Positions 29,121-38,126 of a stretch of 38,126 nt of DNA are shown piece by piece (position 1 is the first letter of the stretch; each line of letters opens with the position of its first letter). Source of the DNA: an uncultured Methylomagnum sp. (lineage in GTDB: Bacteria; Pseudomonadota; Gammaproteobacteria; Methylococcales; Methylomonadaceae). The stretch is from positions 1 through 38,126 of the forward strand of contig CAZLGN010000001.1 of assembly GCA_964558865.1 (NCBI GenBank). Reading direction: 5' to 3'. The position numbers and the translations under genes were made by a program. The notes beneath the pieces were generated by a model that was given only the letters and a program-made list of their open reading frames with translations, was not told the DNA's origin and did no database searches.

Positions 29121-30140
29121 ATGAAAACGTTGACTATTACTCGCCCTGACGATTGTCATTTACACATTCGAAATGGCGCGATTTTAAAAACTGTTTTACC
29201 ACACACGACGCGCCAATTTGCCCGCGCGATGATTATGCCAAATCTAAAACCACCTGTAACCACCGTCGCACAGGCATTGATATACCAAGACGAAATTTTA
29301 CAGGCAATTCCAAACGGCACGGATTTTACACCGTTAATGACCTTGTATTTAACGGCGGCGACGACAATTGACGAAATTAAACGCGCTGCTGAATGTGAAC
29401 ACATTCACGCGGTTAAACTTTATCCAGCGGGAGTAACAACGAATTCTGATGCGGGTGTAGCGGATGTAACCAAAATTTACCCATTATTAGCGGCGTTGGA
29501 AAAGTACGATTTACCACTATTGATTCATGGCGAAGTGACTGACGAAGATTGTGATATTTTTGATCGGGAACGGGTGTTTATCGAACGGTATTTGATGGCG
29601 ATTGTAACGAATTTCCCCGCGTTGCGAATCGTGTTAGAGCATGTCACAACACAAGAAGCAGTTCAGTTTGTCGAATCGGCAAGCGATAAAGTAGCCGCTA
29701 CGATTACACCACAACATTTACTGTTTAATCGGAACGCAATTTTAGCGGGTGGAATCAAGCCGCATTATTATTGTCTACCAATTTTAAAACGTGAAACGCA
29801 TCGCGCGGCATTAGTAACTGCGGCGACAAGTGGGAATTCTAAATTTTTCTTAGGGACAGACAGTGCGCCGCATTTGACGCATTTGAAAGAAGCTAATTGT
29901 GGTTGTGCGGGGTGTTACAGCGCATTTGGCGCATTGGAACTTTACGCCGAAGCCTTTGAACGAGTGAAGGCGTTAGATAAATTAGAAGGTTTCGCAAGTT
30001 TTTACGGGGCGGATTTTTACGGTTTGCCTCGCAATAAAGGCACCGTAACGTTAGAAAAAGCGGATTGGATTGTTCCCGCGAATTATGACGGCATTACACC
30101 ATTAAACGCGGGCGAATGCTTACACTGGAAAATGATGTAG
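29121..30140 (+). CDS. pyrC: Dihydroorotase, homodimeric (class II) type
   Basis: 339-aa ORF. The N-terminus [12 protein letters not shown] matches the PyrC metal-binding DDWHLHLR-type motif. AVKLYPAG and FLGTDSAPH motifs are present. Confidence 0.9.
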   Translation: MKTLTITRPDDCHLHIRNGAILKTVLPHTTRQFARAMIMPNLKPPVTTVAQALIYQDEILQAIPNGTDFTPLMTLYLTAATTIDEIKRAAECEHIHAVKLYPAGVTTNSDAGVADVTKIYPLLAALEKYDLPLLIHGEVTDEDCDIFDRERVFIERYLMAIVTNFPALRIVLEHVTTQEAVQFVESASDKVAATITPQHLLFNRNAILAGGIKPHYYCLPILKRETHRAALVTAATSGNSKFFLGTDSAPHLTHLKEANCGCAGCYSAFGALELYAEAFERVKALDKLEGFASFYGADFYGLPRNKGTVTLEKADWIVPANYDGITPLNAGECLHWKMM

Positions 30141-30163
30141 TTTTCCTATTTTTTTAGCGCGTA

Positions 30164-30184
30164 AGGGCAAATAACATTTGCCCT
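30164..30184. terminator. Perfect 9-bp stem / 3-nt loop hairpin between the convergent genes pyrC and pgpA
   Basis: AGGGCAAAT (30164-30172) pairs with ATTTGCCCT (30176-30184). No U-tract follows on either strand, so function as an intrinsic terminator is uncertain. Confidence 0.3.
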
Positions 30185-30193
30185 CGCCTAAAA

Positions 30194-30697
30194 TCAGAAC
30201 AACATATTAAACGCCCACAAAATTCCGCCTGCAAAAACACCTGCCAATACGTCATCCAACATAATTCCAAAACCACCCTGAACGTGTTTATCGACCCATT
30301 TAATGGGAAAAGGTTTAAGAATATCGAAAAATCGAAACAACAAAAATCCTGCTAAAACATTCCAAAAACTAAATGTGACAAACCACATCGTAATTAAATA
30401 GCCTGCAATTTCATCCCAAACAATGCCATTAAAGTCATGTTCGCCCAGCAAATTCGCCGCCACATCACAAATTTTAATGCCAACCAATGTCGCAATAATC
30501 GTCGAGATGCAATAAAACCAAAATGGCGTTTGAGCCAATAACAAATAAATCGGAATCGCCGCGAGTGTCCCGCAAGTTCCTGGAGCTTTTTTTACCAAAC
30601 CTGAACCAAAACCAAAGGCTAAAAATAGCCAGGAATTTTGTAGAATATGCTTTGGCGTAAGTTGTTTTTTGCCGTAATGTTTAAGAAAAATGTTCAT
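30194..30697 (-). CDS. pgpA: Phosphatidylglycerophosphatase A
   Basis: 167-aa membrane protein with FGFGSGLVKKAPGTCGTLAAIP and DILKPFPI motifs typical of PgpA. It lies downstream of thiL, as in many gammaproteobacteria. Confidence 0.9.
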   Translation of the reverse strand: MNIFLKHYGKKQLTPKHILQNSWLFLAFGFGSGLVKKAPGTCGTLAAIPIYLLLAQTPFWFYCISTIIATLVGIKICDVAANLLGEHDFNGIVWDEIAGYLITMWFVTFSFWNVLAGFLLFRFFDILKPFPIKWVDKHVQGGFGIMLDDVLAGVFAGGILWAFNMLF

Positions 30698-31610
30698 AGC
30701 CTTTGCTGTTTAGTGTTTCAATTTGCCCGAATTTTGTTAAGCGCAAGCCTGCGGTTGTTTCAATTACGCCAATTTGCGTGCAATTTTCAGGTACTCGATG
30801 CACGAATTCAGGTGAAATCGTAAAACATAATTCGTAATCATCGCCAGAAATTAGCGGCATTGACGCATCGTTTGTTGCTTTAATATAAGATTTCACAGCA
30901 TCTGAAAGCGGTAATTTTTCCCAGTCCAAACATGCGCCAACGTGGCTTTGTCGCAAAATGTGACCCAAATCGCTTGCCAAACCGTCTGAAATATCAATAC
31001 AGGCGCTCGCAATTCCGCGTAATTTTAAACCCAATTCTACTTGCGGTATTGGCTGATGAAATCGGCTTAAAGCGTTTTTGTCGTTACAGTCGTAACCCTG
31101 TTCAATTTTCAATCCTAAGCCCGCTTCGCCTAATAATCCCGTCATGTAAATTAAATCGCCCACTTTCGCCGTCGAACGTTTTAATGCCTGTCCGTTTGGC
31201 ACCAATCCCATTGCTTGCACGGTCAAAGTCAACGCCCCTTTTGTCGTATCACCACCAATTAAATCGACAGAATACCGTTGCGCTAATTTTAAAAAACCTG
31301 CTGAAAATTCACTCAACCACGTTTCATTCGCTCGCGGCAAGGTCAATGCCAAGGTAACGGCAAACGGTTTTGCGCCCATTGCCGCTAAATCACTCAAATT
31401 TACCGCCAGTAATTTATGCCCCAGTTGAGTGGGATTAGCATCAGCGAAAAAATGGACATTTTCAACCATTGTGTCGGTAGTTATCGCCAGTTCATAACCG
31501 CTCGGAACAGAAAGTAACGCACAATCATCACCAATTCCTAAATGTATTTCAGTATTTTGATGGGTTTGTTTTTTGAAAAACTTATCGATTAAAGAAAATT
31601 CTGTCAGCAT
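30681..31610 (-). CDS. thiL: Thiamine-monophosphate kinase
   Basis: 309-aa ORF. EFSLIDKFF...LGIGDDCALL...ITTDTMVENVHF matches the ThiL N-terminus. It overlaps pgpA by 17 nt. Confidence 0.9.
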   Translation of the reverse strand: MLTEFSLIDKFFKKQTHQNTEIHLGIGDDCALLSVPSGYELAITTDTMVENVHFFADANPTQLGHKLLAVNLSDLAAMGAKPFAVTLALTLPRANETWLSEFSAGFLKLAQRYSVDLIGGDTTKGALTLTVQAMGLVPNGQALKRSTAKVGDLIYMTGLLGEAGLGLKIEQGYDCNDKNALSRFHQPIPQVELGLKLRGIASACIDISDGLASDLGHILRQSHVGACLDWEKLPLSDAVKSYIKATNDASMPLISGDDYELCFTISPEFVHRVPENCTQIGVIETTAGLRLTKFGQIETLNSKGYEHFS

Positions 31611-31752
31611 AATGTTTTTGACTGAATATATTGGTGTTTATATACAAAAATGTTTCGTGTAAAACTTTTTATTAAAATCAACGTGTTGTAATTCATTTTT
31701 AAATTTCTCCAAAATAGTTTTTAAGGTTGTATATTTGCATAACTTTGCGTGC

Positions 31753-31781
31753 TTGACTAATGACAATGTCTACTCTTTAAT
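31753..31781 (+). promoter_or_regulatory. Candidate sigma70 promoter for the PhnD-like gene
   Basis: TTGACT (31753-31758), a 17-nt spacer, then TTTAAT (31776-31781). This sits about 58 nt upstream of the ATG at 31839. Pattern match only. Confidence 0.3.
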
Positions 31782-31838
31782 TCCAAAAATAACCGTGATT
31801 ATTGATAATCCCAAAAAACTCACTACAGGAATAATCTC

Positions 31839-32759
31839 ATGCCCAATTATATTCAAAATATCGTAAAACTGTGGGTGATAACGACTTTGATGTTTATGAG
31901 CGGCTGCGATAAAACAAAAGAAGAAAGCATTTATCAACCCGTTTTCACTTCAGTCAACACTTCACAACTTACCGAATACATTGTTGGCATTCACCCGCTG
32001 CACAATCCGCAACGCTTAATGGAACTTTATAACCCGATTGTAGATTATATGAATATCCATATTCCTGAAGTGCATATCACCTTAGAAACCTCCGCAAATT
32101 ACGAAGAATTTGAAAATAAGTTATACGCTGGACATTTCGATTTTGCGATGCCGAATCCGTATCAAACCATTCAATCACTCAAACATGGCTATCACATTTT
32201 TGGAAAAATGGGCGATGACGATGGGTTTCGCGGCATTATTTTAGTGCGTAAAGACAGCAAAATTCGCCAAGTGTCTGATTTAAAGGGGAAGGTTGTTTCA
32301 TATCCCGCCCCTACTGCTCTCGCTGCTACAATGATGCCACAATACTATTTACACACGCACGGCATTGATGTGAATCATGACATTAAAAATTTGTATGTTG
32401 GTTCACAAGAATCGTCAATCATGAATGTGTTGCGCGGACGAGTTGCGGCAGGTGCAACATGGTCAGTGCCGTGGAAGGGTTTTCAAACCGAACAGCCCGA
32501 TATGGCAAATCAGCTAGAAGTAAAATGGCAAACCGACCCTTTATTAAATAATGCTTGGGTCGCACGCCAAAACATTCCCGCATCGATGGTCGATAAATTT
32601 GGGCAACTGCTTTTTGGATTGCAAGATATTGAACAAGGTAAAATGATGTTGGCGCGTTTGCCCATTTCTCGGTTTGAGCCAGCCACTGATAAAACCTATT
32701 ATCCTGTGCAGCAGTTTTTAGAAGTATTTTCTAAAACGGTTCGTACAATTGACTATTGA
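31839..32759 (+). CDS. PhnD-like phosphate/phosphite/phosphonate ABC-type periplasmic substrate-binding lipoprotein
   Basis: 306-aa ORF with a lipobox (LMFMSGC). Its PBP type-2 layout resembles the PhnD family (GIHPLHNP...ANYEEFENKLYAGHFDFAMPNPY). No permease or ATPase gene is adjacent. Confidence 0.75.
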   Translation: MPNYIQNIVKLWVITTLMFMSGCDKTKEESIYQPVFTSVNTSQLTEYIVGIHPLHNPQRLMELYNPIVDYMNIHIPEVHITLETSANYEEFENKLYAGHFDFAMPNPYQTIQSLKHGYHIFGKMGDDDGFRGIILVRKDSKIRQVSDLKGKVVSYPAPTALAATMMPQYYLHTHGIDVNHDIKNLYVGSQESSIMNVLRGRVAAGATWSVPWKGFQTEQPDMANQLEVKWQTDPLLNNAWVARQNIPASMVDKFGQLLFGLQDIEQGKMMLARLPISRFEPATDKTYYPVQQFLEVFSKTVRTIDY

Positions 32760-32823
32760 ACGGCGAAAAATTATCAATTCGAACAAATCGCCATTGAACT
32801 CGCTGCGCCCAAAAATTAACGCA

Positions 32824-33519
32824 TTACAATTTTGCCAATTCGGTTTTTATCCACGCTTCGGCTTCGGCGTTAATATCAGCGGCTTTGCGTCCTTTGGTTT
32901 CAATGGGCGCACCGATTTTCACTTTAATCGTGCCTGGATATTTTAAAAAACTGTATCTTGCCCAAAAATCCCCCGCATTATGCACAACGGGAATAACGGG
33001 AAAACCTGATTTGTGCGCTAACATCGCGCCACCAATGTTGAACGGTAAAACTTCGCGTGCGCCTGCACGGGTACCTTCGGGGAAAATCAACACCCAAATA
33101 CCTTCGTTTAAGTATTTTGTGCCGTCTTTTAGCAAACTTTTCAACGCGCCACGGGCGTTACGTTTATCAATCACGATGGATTTCAACAACAATAACGACC
33201 AACCCCACAACGGCAAATACAATAATTCACGTTTTATCACCGCCGATTGCGTTGGCAATATATAACGCAACGCCAACGTTTCCCACGCGGATTGATGATT
33301 GCTGAAAATAATTGTGGCTTGTTCGGGGTTCACATTTTCCAAACCTTCCACTTCGTATTTCAAACCGACGGTTATTTCCATTATCCAAAGCATTAACCGA
33401 CACCACAATTTGCCTAGTTTGTAGCGCATGGGAAATGGAGTCCAAAACAATGCAAATAAAATTGCCGCTTCAATCGTTGCAGTGAAGAAAATACTGAAAA
33501 AAAGTAAGGCTGAACCCAT
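32824..33519 (-). CDS. plsC: 1-acyl-sn-glycerol-3-phosphate acyltransferase
   Basis: Acyltransferase motifs NHQSAWE and FPEGTR are present. The tracked ORF extends to 33579 and would overlap gmhB by 44 nt. The Met at 33519 places the NHQ motif at about residue 74, as I recall for E. coli PlsC, so I prefer it. Confidence 0.85.
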   Translation of the reverse strand: MGSALLFFSIFFTATIEAAILFALFWTPFPMRYKLGKLWCRLMLWIMEITVGLKYEVEGLENVNPEQATIIFSNHQSAWETLALRYILPTQSAVIKRELLYLPLWGWSLLLLKSIVIDKRNARGALKSLLKDGTKYLNEGIWVLIFPEGTRAGAREVLPFNIGGAMLAHKSGFPVIPVVHNAGDFWARYSFLKYPGTIKVKIGAPIETKGRKAADINAEAEAWIKTELAKL

Positions 33520-33535
33520 GTAATTTTTCGGACGA

Positions 33536-34078
33536 TTATCGACCGATGAAGAATTTTGCTGTGTCATAAAGATTTTCAAAAAATAAAAGTGAAGTTAAAA
33601 ATTGTGGATTATCTTGTAACGTTTTTGCACCGTTACCTGTTTTGACTAAAATGGGAATTGCGCCACCATTTTGAGCGGCTTGAATGTCGCGCAATGAATC
33701 GCCAATAAAACAAACGTCTTTTAAATCAACATCGTAATCGACAGCGAATTGTTTTAATAAACCTGCTTTCGGTTTGCGGCATTCACAACAATCTTCAGTT
33801 TGATGCGGACAAAAATAAATGGCTTCAATCGCGCCACCAAATTTAGAAACAGCTTTACACATTTTGTCGTGAATCGAATTTAAGGTTTTTTCGTCGAACA
33901 AACCTCGCGCCAAACCCGATTGATTAGTGATAACCACGACGCGAAAACCGTGTTGATTTAACAGCGCAATCGCCTCCAAACTATTCTCAAGCGGCAACCA
34001 TTCTTCGGGCGATTTTATAAATTCGTCCGAATCGTGGTTAATCACACCGTCACGGTCGAGCAGAATGTAACGGTGCAT
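33536..34078 (-). CDS. gmhB: D-glycero-beta-D-manno-heptose 1,7-bisphosphate 7-phosphatase (HAD family)
   Basis: 180-aa ORF with HAD motif I (LLDRDGVIN), a CxH...C..C zinc-site-like region (FCPHQTEDCCECRKP) and the GDSLRD motif. Confidence 0.9.
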   Translation of the reverse strand: MHRYILLDRDGVINHDSDEFIKSPEEWLPLENSLEAIALLNQHGFRVVVITNQSGLARGLFDEKTLNSIHDKMCKAVSKFGGAIEAIYFCPHQTEDCCECRKPKAGLLKQFAVDYDVDLKDVCFIGDSLRDIQAAQNGGAIPILVKTGNGAKTLQDNPQFLTSLLFFENLYDTAKFFIGR

Positions 34079-34081
34079 TTT

Positions 34082-36172
34082 CTAGGCTTGCAATTTTGAA
34101 ATATCGGCGCAGGTCAAAAATTGTTGCGACAACAAATTCAGCAACGCGAGGCGATTTGCGCGTAATTCTAAATCGTCACAATTCACCATTACGCCATCAA
34201 AAAACGCATCGACTGGTTGTTTCAATTCTGCTAAACGATTTAACGTCGCTTGATAATTGCGTTTTTCAAGCAGCGGTTGAATGTCCGCCGCCGATTGTTT
34301 TGCCAATTCGTGCAACTTAATTTCAACTGGCTCAACCAAAGCACTTCGCCCTTTGGAGGGAGATTGAGGGGGAGGTGATTTTTTCAAAATGTTCAAAATG
34401 CGTTTATTTGCCGCCGCTAAACTTTCAGCTTCTGGCAATTGACGGAAGGCTTTCACGGCTTGCAAACGTTGCATAAAATCTAACGGTTCAGCAGGATTCA
34501 CCGCTAAAACAGCTTCAAATTCGTCCGCTGTAAAACCTTTGTCTGAAGCGTAACCTTTCAATCGTTCAAAAATGAAATCCGTCACGAGCGTTTGTGTTTT
34601 GGTTTTGTCGAATTCGTGGGCAAATAACGACAGCGCAAATTCAACCAGCGCGTGAATATCGAGTTTTAAATCGTGTTCAATCAAAATTCGTAACACGCCC
34701 AATGCCGCCCGACGTAACGCATACGGGTCTTTATCGCCTGTTGGAATTAAACCTGCGCTAAAAATTCCCGCCAATGTGTCGATTTTTTCAGCCAATGCCA
34801 CCACGCAACCAATATCACTTGTCGGAATCGCGCCACCTGCTTGTTTCGGCAAATAATGTTCTTCAATCGCTTGGGCAACGTTTGGATTTTCGCCGTCTGC
34901 CAGCGCGTAATAACGTCCCATGATGCCTTGCAAATTTCCAAATTCACCGACCATTTCAGTCATTAAATCGTTTTTCGCTAAAAAAGCCGCTCGTTTTGAA
35001 AGTTCAACATCAGCGTTAATTTTGGGTGCGATAAATTCAGCGAGTTTGACTAAACGTTCAACTTTTGCCGCAACGGTTCCCAATTTTTCTTGAAAAACGA
35101 TGGTTTCCAAACGTGGCGCAAAATCGGCAAGTGAATAACGGCGGTCTTGTTTCCAGAAAAATTCCGCATCCGATAAACGTGGCGTAACGACACGTTCATT
35201 TCCATTTTTAATCGATTCGGGATTGGTACTTTGAATGTTACTAAACGTAATGAAATAAGGGCGCAACGAACCATCAGCATTTTTCACGGGAAAGTATTTT
35301 TGATTTTCCTGCATCGTCGTAATTAAAACTTCAGCAGGCAACGCTAAAAAGCGTTCATCAAAATGCCCCGTAATGGGTACAGGTAATTCGTTTAACGCGG
35401 CAATTTCTTCGAGCAAATCGTCTTCAATATGCGCGATGCCATTTACGGTCAAAGCGGCTTTTTCTGCATCGGCACGAATTTGTGATTTACGTTGTTCAAA
35501 ATCGGCAATGACTTTGCCTTGTGACAATAAAATATCAGCGTAATTTTCAGGTTTTGAAATCGTCAAATTTTGTGGCGCGTGGAAACGATGACCGCGCGTT
35601 TGATTGCTTGTTTGCAGCCCTAAAATTTCAGTTTCAATAATTTCATCGCCATAAAGCAAAATCGCCCAATGCACAGGTCGGACAAATTCAGTAGTGAAAT
35701 TTCCCCAGCGCATTCGTTTTGCAATTGGCAAATTCGCTAAACTTTTGCGAATAATGTCAGGAATCAACTGTTGTGTCGTTTGCCCTGCAATCGTTTGAGT
35801 ACACGCAAGCCATTCGCCTTTGTCAGTTTTCAAGCGTTCGAGTTGGTCGAATTCCATGCCGCAACTTTGCGCGAATGCTAACGCAGCTTTGCTTGGCGTG
35901 CCGTCTGGTTGAAAAGCCGCTTGAATCGATACGCCACGTTTTTGTACGGTTTTATCGGCTTGTGCGCCTTGCAAATTTTCGATAAAAACCGCCAAACGAC
36001 GTGGCGCGGCGAAACTTTTTACGTTTGAAAAGGCTAATTCAGCATCGTTCAAACCTTGCACGATGCCATCGGTTAAAGCGTTGCTTAATTTCAATAACGT
36101 TTTCGGCGGCAATTCTTCGCAACCGAGTTCAAAGAGTAAATCTTGTTTTTCTATCACTGTATTTCCTGTCAT
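34082..36172 (-). CDS. glyS: Glycine--tRNA ligase beta subunit
   Basis: 696-aa ORF with a typical GlyS N-terminus (LLFELGCEELPPK) and length. Confidence 0.95.
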   Translation of the reverse strand: MTGNTVIEKQDLLFELGCEELPPKTLLKLSNALTDGIVQGLNDAELAFSNVKSFAAPRRLAVFIENLQGAQADKTVQKRGVSIQAAFQPDGTPSKAALAFAQSCGMEFDQLERLKTDKGEWLACTQTIAGQTTQQLIPDIIRKSLANLPIAKRMRWGNFTTEFVRPVHWAILLYGDEIIETEILGLQTSNQTRGHRFHAPQNLTISKPENYADILLSQGKVIADFEQRKSQIRADAEKAALTVNGIAHIEDDLLEEIAALNELPVPITGHFDERFLALPAEVLITTMQENQKYFPVKNADGSLRPYFITFSNIQSTNPESIKNGNERVVTPRLSDAEFFWKQDRRYSLADFAPRLETIVFQEKLGTVAAKVERLVKLAEFIAPKINADVELSKRAAFLAKNDLMTEMVGEFGNLQGIMGRYYALADGENPNVAQAIEEHYLPKQAGGAIPTSDIGCVVALAEKIDTLAGIFSAGLIPTGDKDPYALRRAALGVLRILIEHDLKLDIHALVEFALSLFAHEFDKTKTQTLVTDFIFERLKGYASDKGFTADEFEAVLAVNPAEPLDFMQRLQAVKAFRQLPEAESLAAANKRILNILKKSPPPQSPSKGRSALVEPVEIKLHELAKQSAADIQPLLEKRNYQATLNRLAELKQPVDAFFDGVMVNCDDLELRANRLALLNLLSQQFLTCADISKLQA

Positions 36173-36231
36173 AACTTTTTAAAATATATTCTGAAAAAAA
36201 TGGCTATGTTGAGCTAAATTTGTATTTAAAC

Positions 36232-38126
36232 TTAATTATTTGATAAATCTAGTAATTTACAATCTAACCAACACTCCGCTGTTTGATTTTTACAAGGTAA
36301 AATGGAGTCAAAAACTTCGTTATTATTTTCCCATAAATCAAGTAGTTGTTGATTATTGTCCCCAATTTTTTGTGCTAATTTTGGAATGCAAGTCGGAATT
36401 TGTGTGGCTTCAAATTCTGTAACAACTTCTTTTAACAAACTATGCGCCGTATCAAAATCAAAATCATGTAATGCTTGTTCGATTTTATTGATAACTGACG
36501 GTAATAATTTCACTGCAAATTCTGAATAATTTTCTTCCCATAATCGGTTTGCATCGTTATCACAATCAACTAACAAATCCATAAGTGTTTGCATACAACT
36601 CGGTAATTTATCCAATTTTTTTTCTGAATTGACCAATGGTGTATATTTTGCGAGAGGATTTTCAATAAAATACTGCTGCAATGAAATAAGTATTGGCGAG
36701 AGGATTTTCATCATTTCGCTTAATGCAATTAGAGCAGATTCGGAATTTTGTTTTTGACATGCAATTTCAAGGCAACTAGCGTAATTAGGAATTTCATTTA
36801 TCCCCAACGTTCCCGCTAAACCTTTCAACGTATGCGCGAGCATTTTTGCATCGTCCCAGTATGCAGAAGTAATTTTATGGGTAAAGGTTTCGTCGCAATC
36901 GACGTAATCAGTTACAAATTGAAATAACAAACGCATATACAATTGTTGGTTATTTCCTGCGCGACGTATCGCCGCTTTTGCATCAACACCTGCAACATCG
37001 GGTAATTGCAAAGAAACATCAGGCGATTTTTGCGTTGGGATAGGTGGTGAATGATTAGCTGTAGCGTTGACATAATAACGCGCAAGAGTTGAATAAAACT
37101 CGTCTAATTCAATAGGCTTGCTCAAATGACCATTCATTCCCATTTCATAACATTGATTGCGCTCTGTAATCATGGCATAAGCGGTCATGGCAATTAGCGG
37201 TAAGTTGTCATAACGCGAATTGGCGCGAATTTGGCGCGTTGCCTCATACCCATCCATCACTGGCATGTGCAAATCCATTAACACAACGTGATAATAATTT
37301 GCTTCAACGGCATCTAATTGATCAATGGCTTCTTGACCATTATTTGCAACAGTGACTTCAACGCCATGACTTTCCATCAATTCAATAGCAAGTTGCTGAT
37401 TGATTAAATTATCTTCAACTAAAAGTACCCGCATTCCGCTAAGATTGATGTTTTGAAGTGAGAGCGCATCATAATCGGTTACGGTGGTGTTTCCTGTTAT
37501 GGCATTAAATAATTGCCGTAACGCATTGGGTAAAATAGGTTTTGATAAAAAATGCTGTACGCCAAATTTTTCAGCTGTTTCACGGATAACATCGGAATGA
37601 TAAGCTGAAATAACAATAACGTGCGGTGGAAAAATCTGATTATTTTTTTCGAGATGATATAAGAATTGTTCCCCCGTCATTTCTGGCATGACCCAATCCA
37701 TAAGCAGTAAATCATAAGGCTGATTTGCATCGACGGCTTGCTGCAGCATTTCTAAAGCAATTTTTCCACTCGATGCACAATGTATTTTTCCATACGCTAA
37801 ACCAACACCTAAAACAGTGAGTAAATCGACTAAAACTAATTGCGCTTCACGTCGATCATCAATGACCAAAATTCGTAATTTATTTACATCAGGCAAAATA
37901 GTCGGAATACTTTCATCGGCTTTTGCTAATTGAAAACGAGCGGTAAATATAAATGATGAGCCTTCATTTTGCTTACTTTCAACCCAAATGCGACCATTCA
38001 TAAGTTCAACTAATTTTTTGGAAATTGTTAAACCTAACCCCGTGCCACCATATTTTCGTGTCGTTGAACTGTCGGCTTGTTTGAATTCTTGAAATAAATT
38101 CGCTATTTGCTCTGTTGTTAAACCAA
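36232..38126 (-). CDS. Hybrid sensor histidine kinase, partial (5' end beyond the window edge): HATPase C-terminus-REC-REC-Hpt plus an extension of about 180 aa
   Basis: The reading frame stays open upstream of the tracked Met at 38001 to the window end (...[37 protein letters not shown]). Two receiver domains are present (IDDR...MDWVMPEMTG and VEDN...MDLHMPVMDG), plus the Hpt motif LAHTLKGLAGTLG. Confidence 0.9.
   Translation of the reverse strand, partial: GLTTEQIANLFQEFKQADSSTTRKYGGTGLGLTISKKLVELMNGRIWVESKQNEGSSFIFTARFQLAKADESIPTILPDVNKLRILVIDDRREAQLVLVDLLTVLGVGLAYGKIHCASSGKIALEMLQQAVDANQPYDLLLMDWVMPEMTGEQFLYHLEKNNQIFPPHVIVISAYHSDVIRETAEKFGVQHFLSKPILPNALRQLFNAITGNTTVTDYDALSLQNINLSGMRVLLVEDNLINQQLAIELMESHGVEVTVANNGQEAIDQLDAVEANYYHVVLMDLHMPVMDGYEATRQIRANSRYDNLPLIAMTAYAMITERNQCYEMGMNGHLSKPIELDEFYSTLARYYVNATANHSPPIPTQKSPDVSLQLPDVAGVDAKAAIRRAGNNQQLYMRLLFQFVTDYVDCDETFTHKITSAYWDDAKMLAHTLKGLAGTLGINEIPNYASCLEIACQKQNSESALIALSEMMKILSPILISLQQYFIENPLAKYTPLVNSEKKLDKLPSCMQTLMDLLVDCDNDANRLWEENYSEFAVKLLPSVINKIEQALHDFDFDTAHSLLKEVVTEFEATQIPTCIPKLAQKIGDNNQQLLDLWENNNEVFDSILPCKNQTAECWLDCKLLDLSNN

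Noticed and set aside
1-38126. Search for CRISPR arrays, tRNA or rRNA genes, IS elements and long direct or inverted repeats.
   Set aside because: I saw no regularly spaced repeats, no cloverleaf-compatible segments in the short intergenic regions and no transposase-like ORFs. A by-eye scan cannot exclude short or degenerate elements.

Overview
This is an AT-rich (about 40% G+C by eye) chromosomal segment of a Gram-negative bacterium. Gene content fits a Thiotrichales/Beggiatoaceae-like gammaproteobacterium, but that is inference only. I support about 24 protein-coding genes and found no rRNA, tRNA, CRISPR array, transposase or integrase.

Left part, 142-11599:
- yigZ, an NirB-N-terminal-like flavoprotein and a Kef-type K+/H+ antiporter lie on the minus strand.
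- A 640-nt non-coding gap follows.
- Next come a soluble GAF-PAS-PAS hybrid histidine kinase with two REC domains and an Hpt domain, a REC-first histidine kinase, rnd, and a glutaredoxin/CcdA-like membrane protein.

Centre, 11744-30140: an almost gap-free array of genes, all on the plus strand.
- It starts with nifJ (pyruvate:ferredoxin oxidoreductase, PFOR) and a dihydroorotate dehydrogenase (DHOD)-like protein.
- A five-gene module follows: TpsB, a secreted TPR-CHAT protease, a short TpsA-like beta-helix exoprotein, a CHASE2-sensor class III cyclase, and DUF928.
- It ends with a fused APH-like/P-loop kinase, ppsA and pyrC.

Right part, 30194-38126: pgpA, thiL, an orphan PhnD-like lipoprotein, plsC, gmhB, glyS and a second hybrid histidine kinase that runs off the window edge.

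Main candidate for an undescribed system: the five-gene module at 16379-25167. It joins a two-partner secretion pair to a periplasmic caspase-like protease, a CHASE2 adenylate cyclase and a DUF928 protein.

Second notable observation: nifJ and ppsA, both pyruvate-converting enzymes, each carry exactly one in-frame TAA codon at a position that homologues fill with a sense codon. Reading frame and length are otherwise fully preserved.
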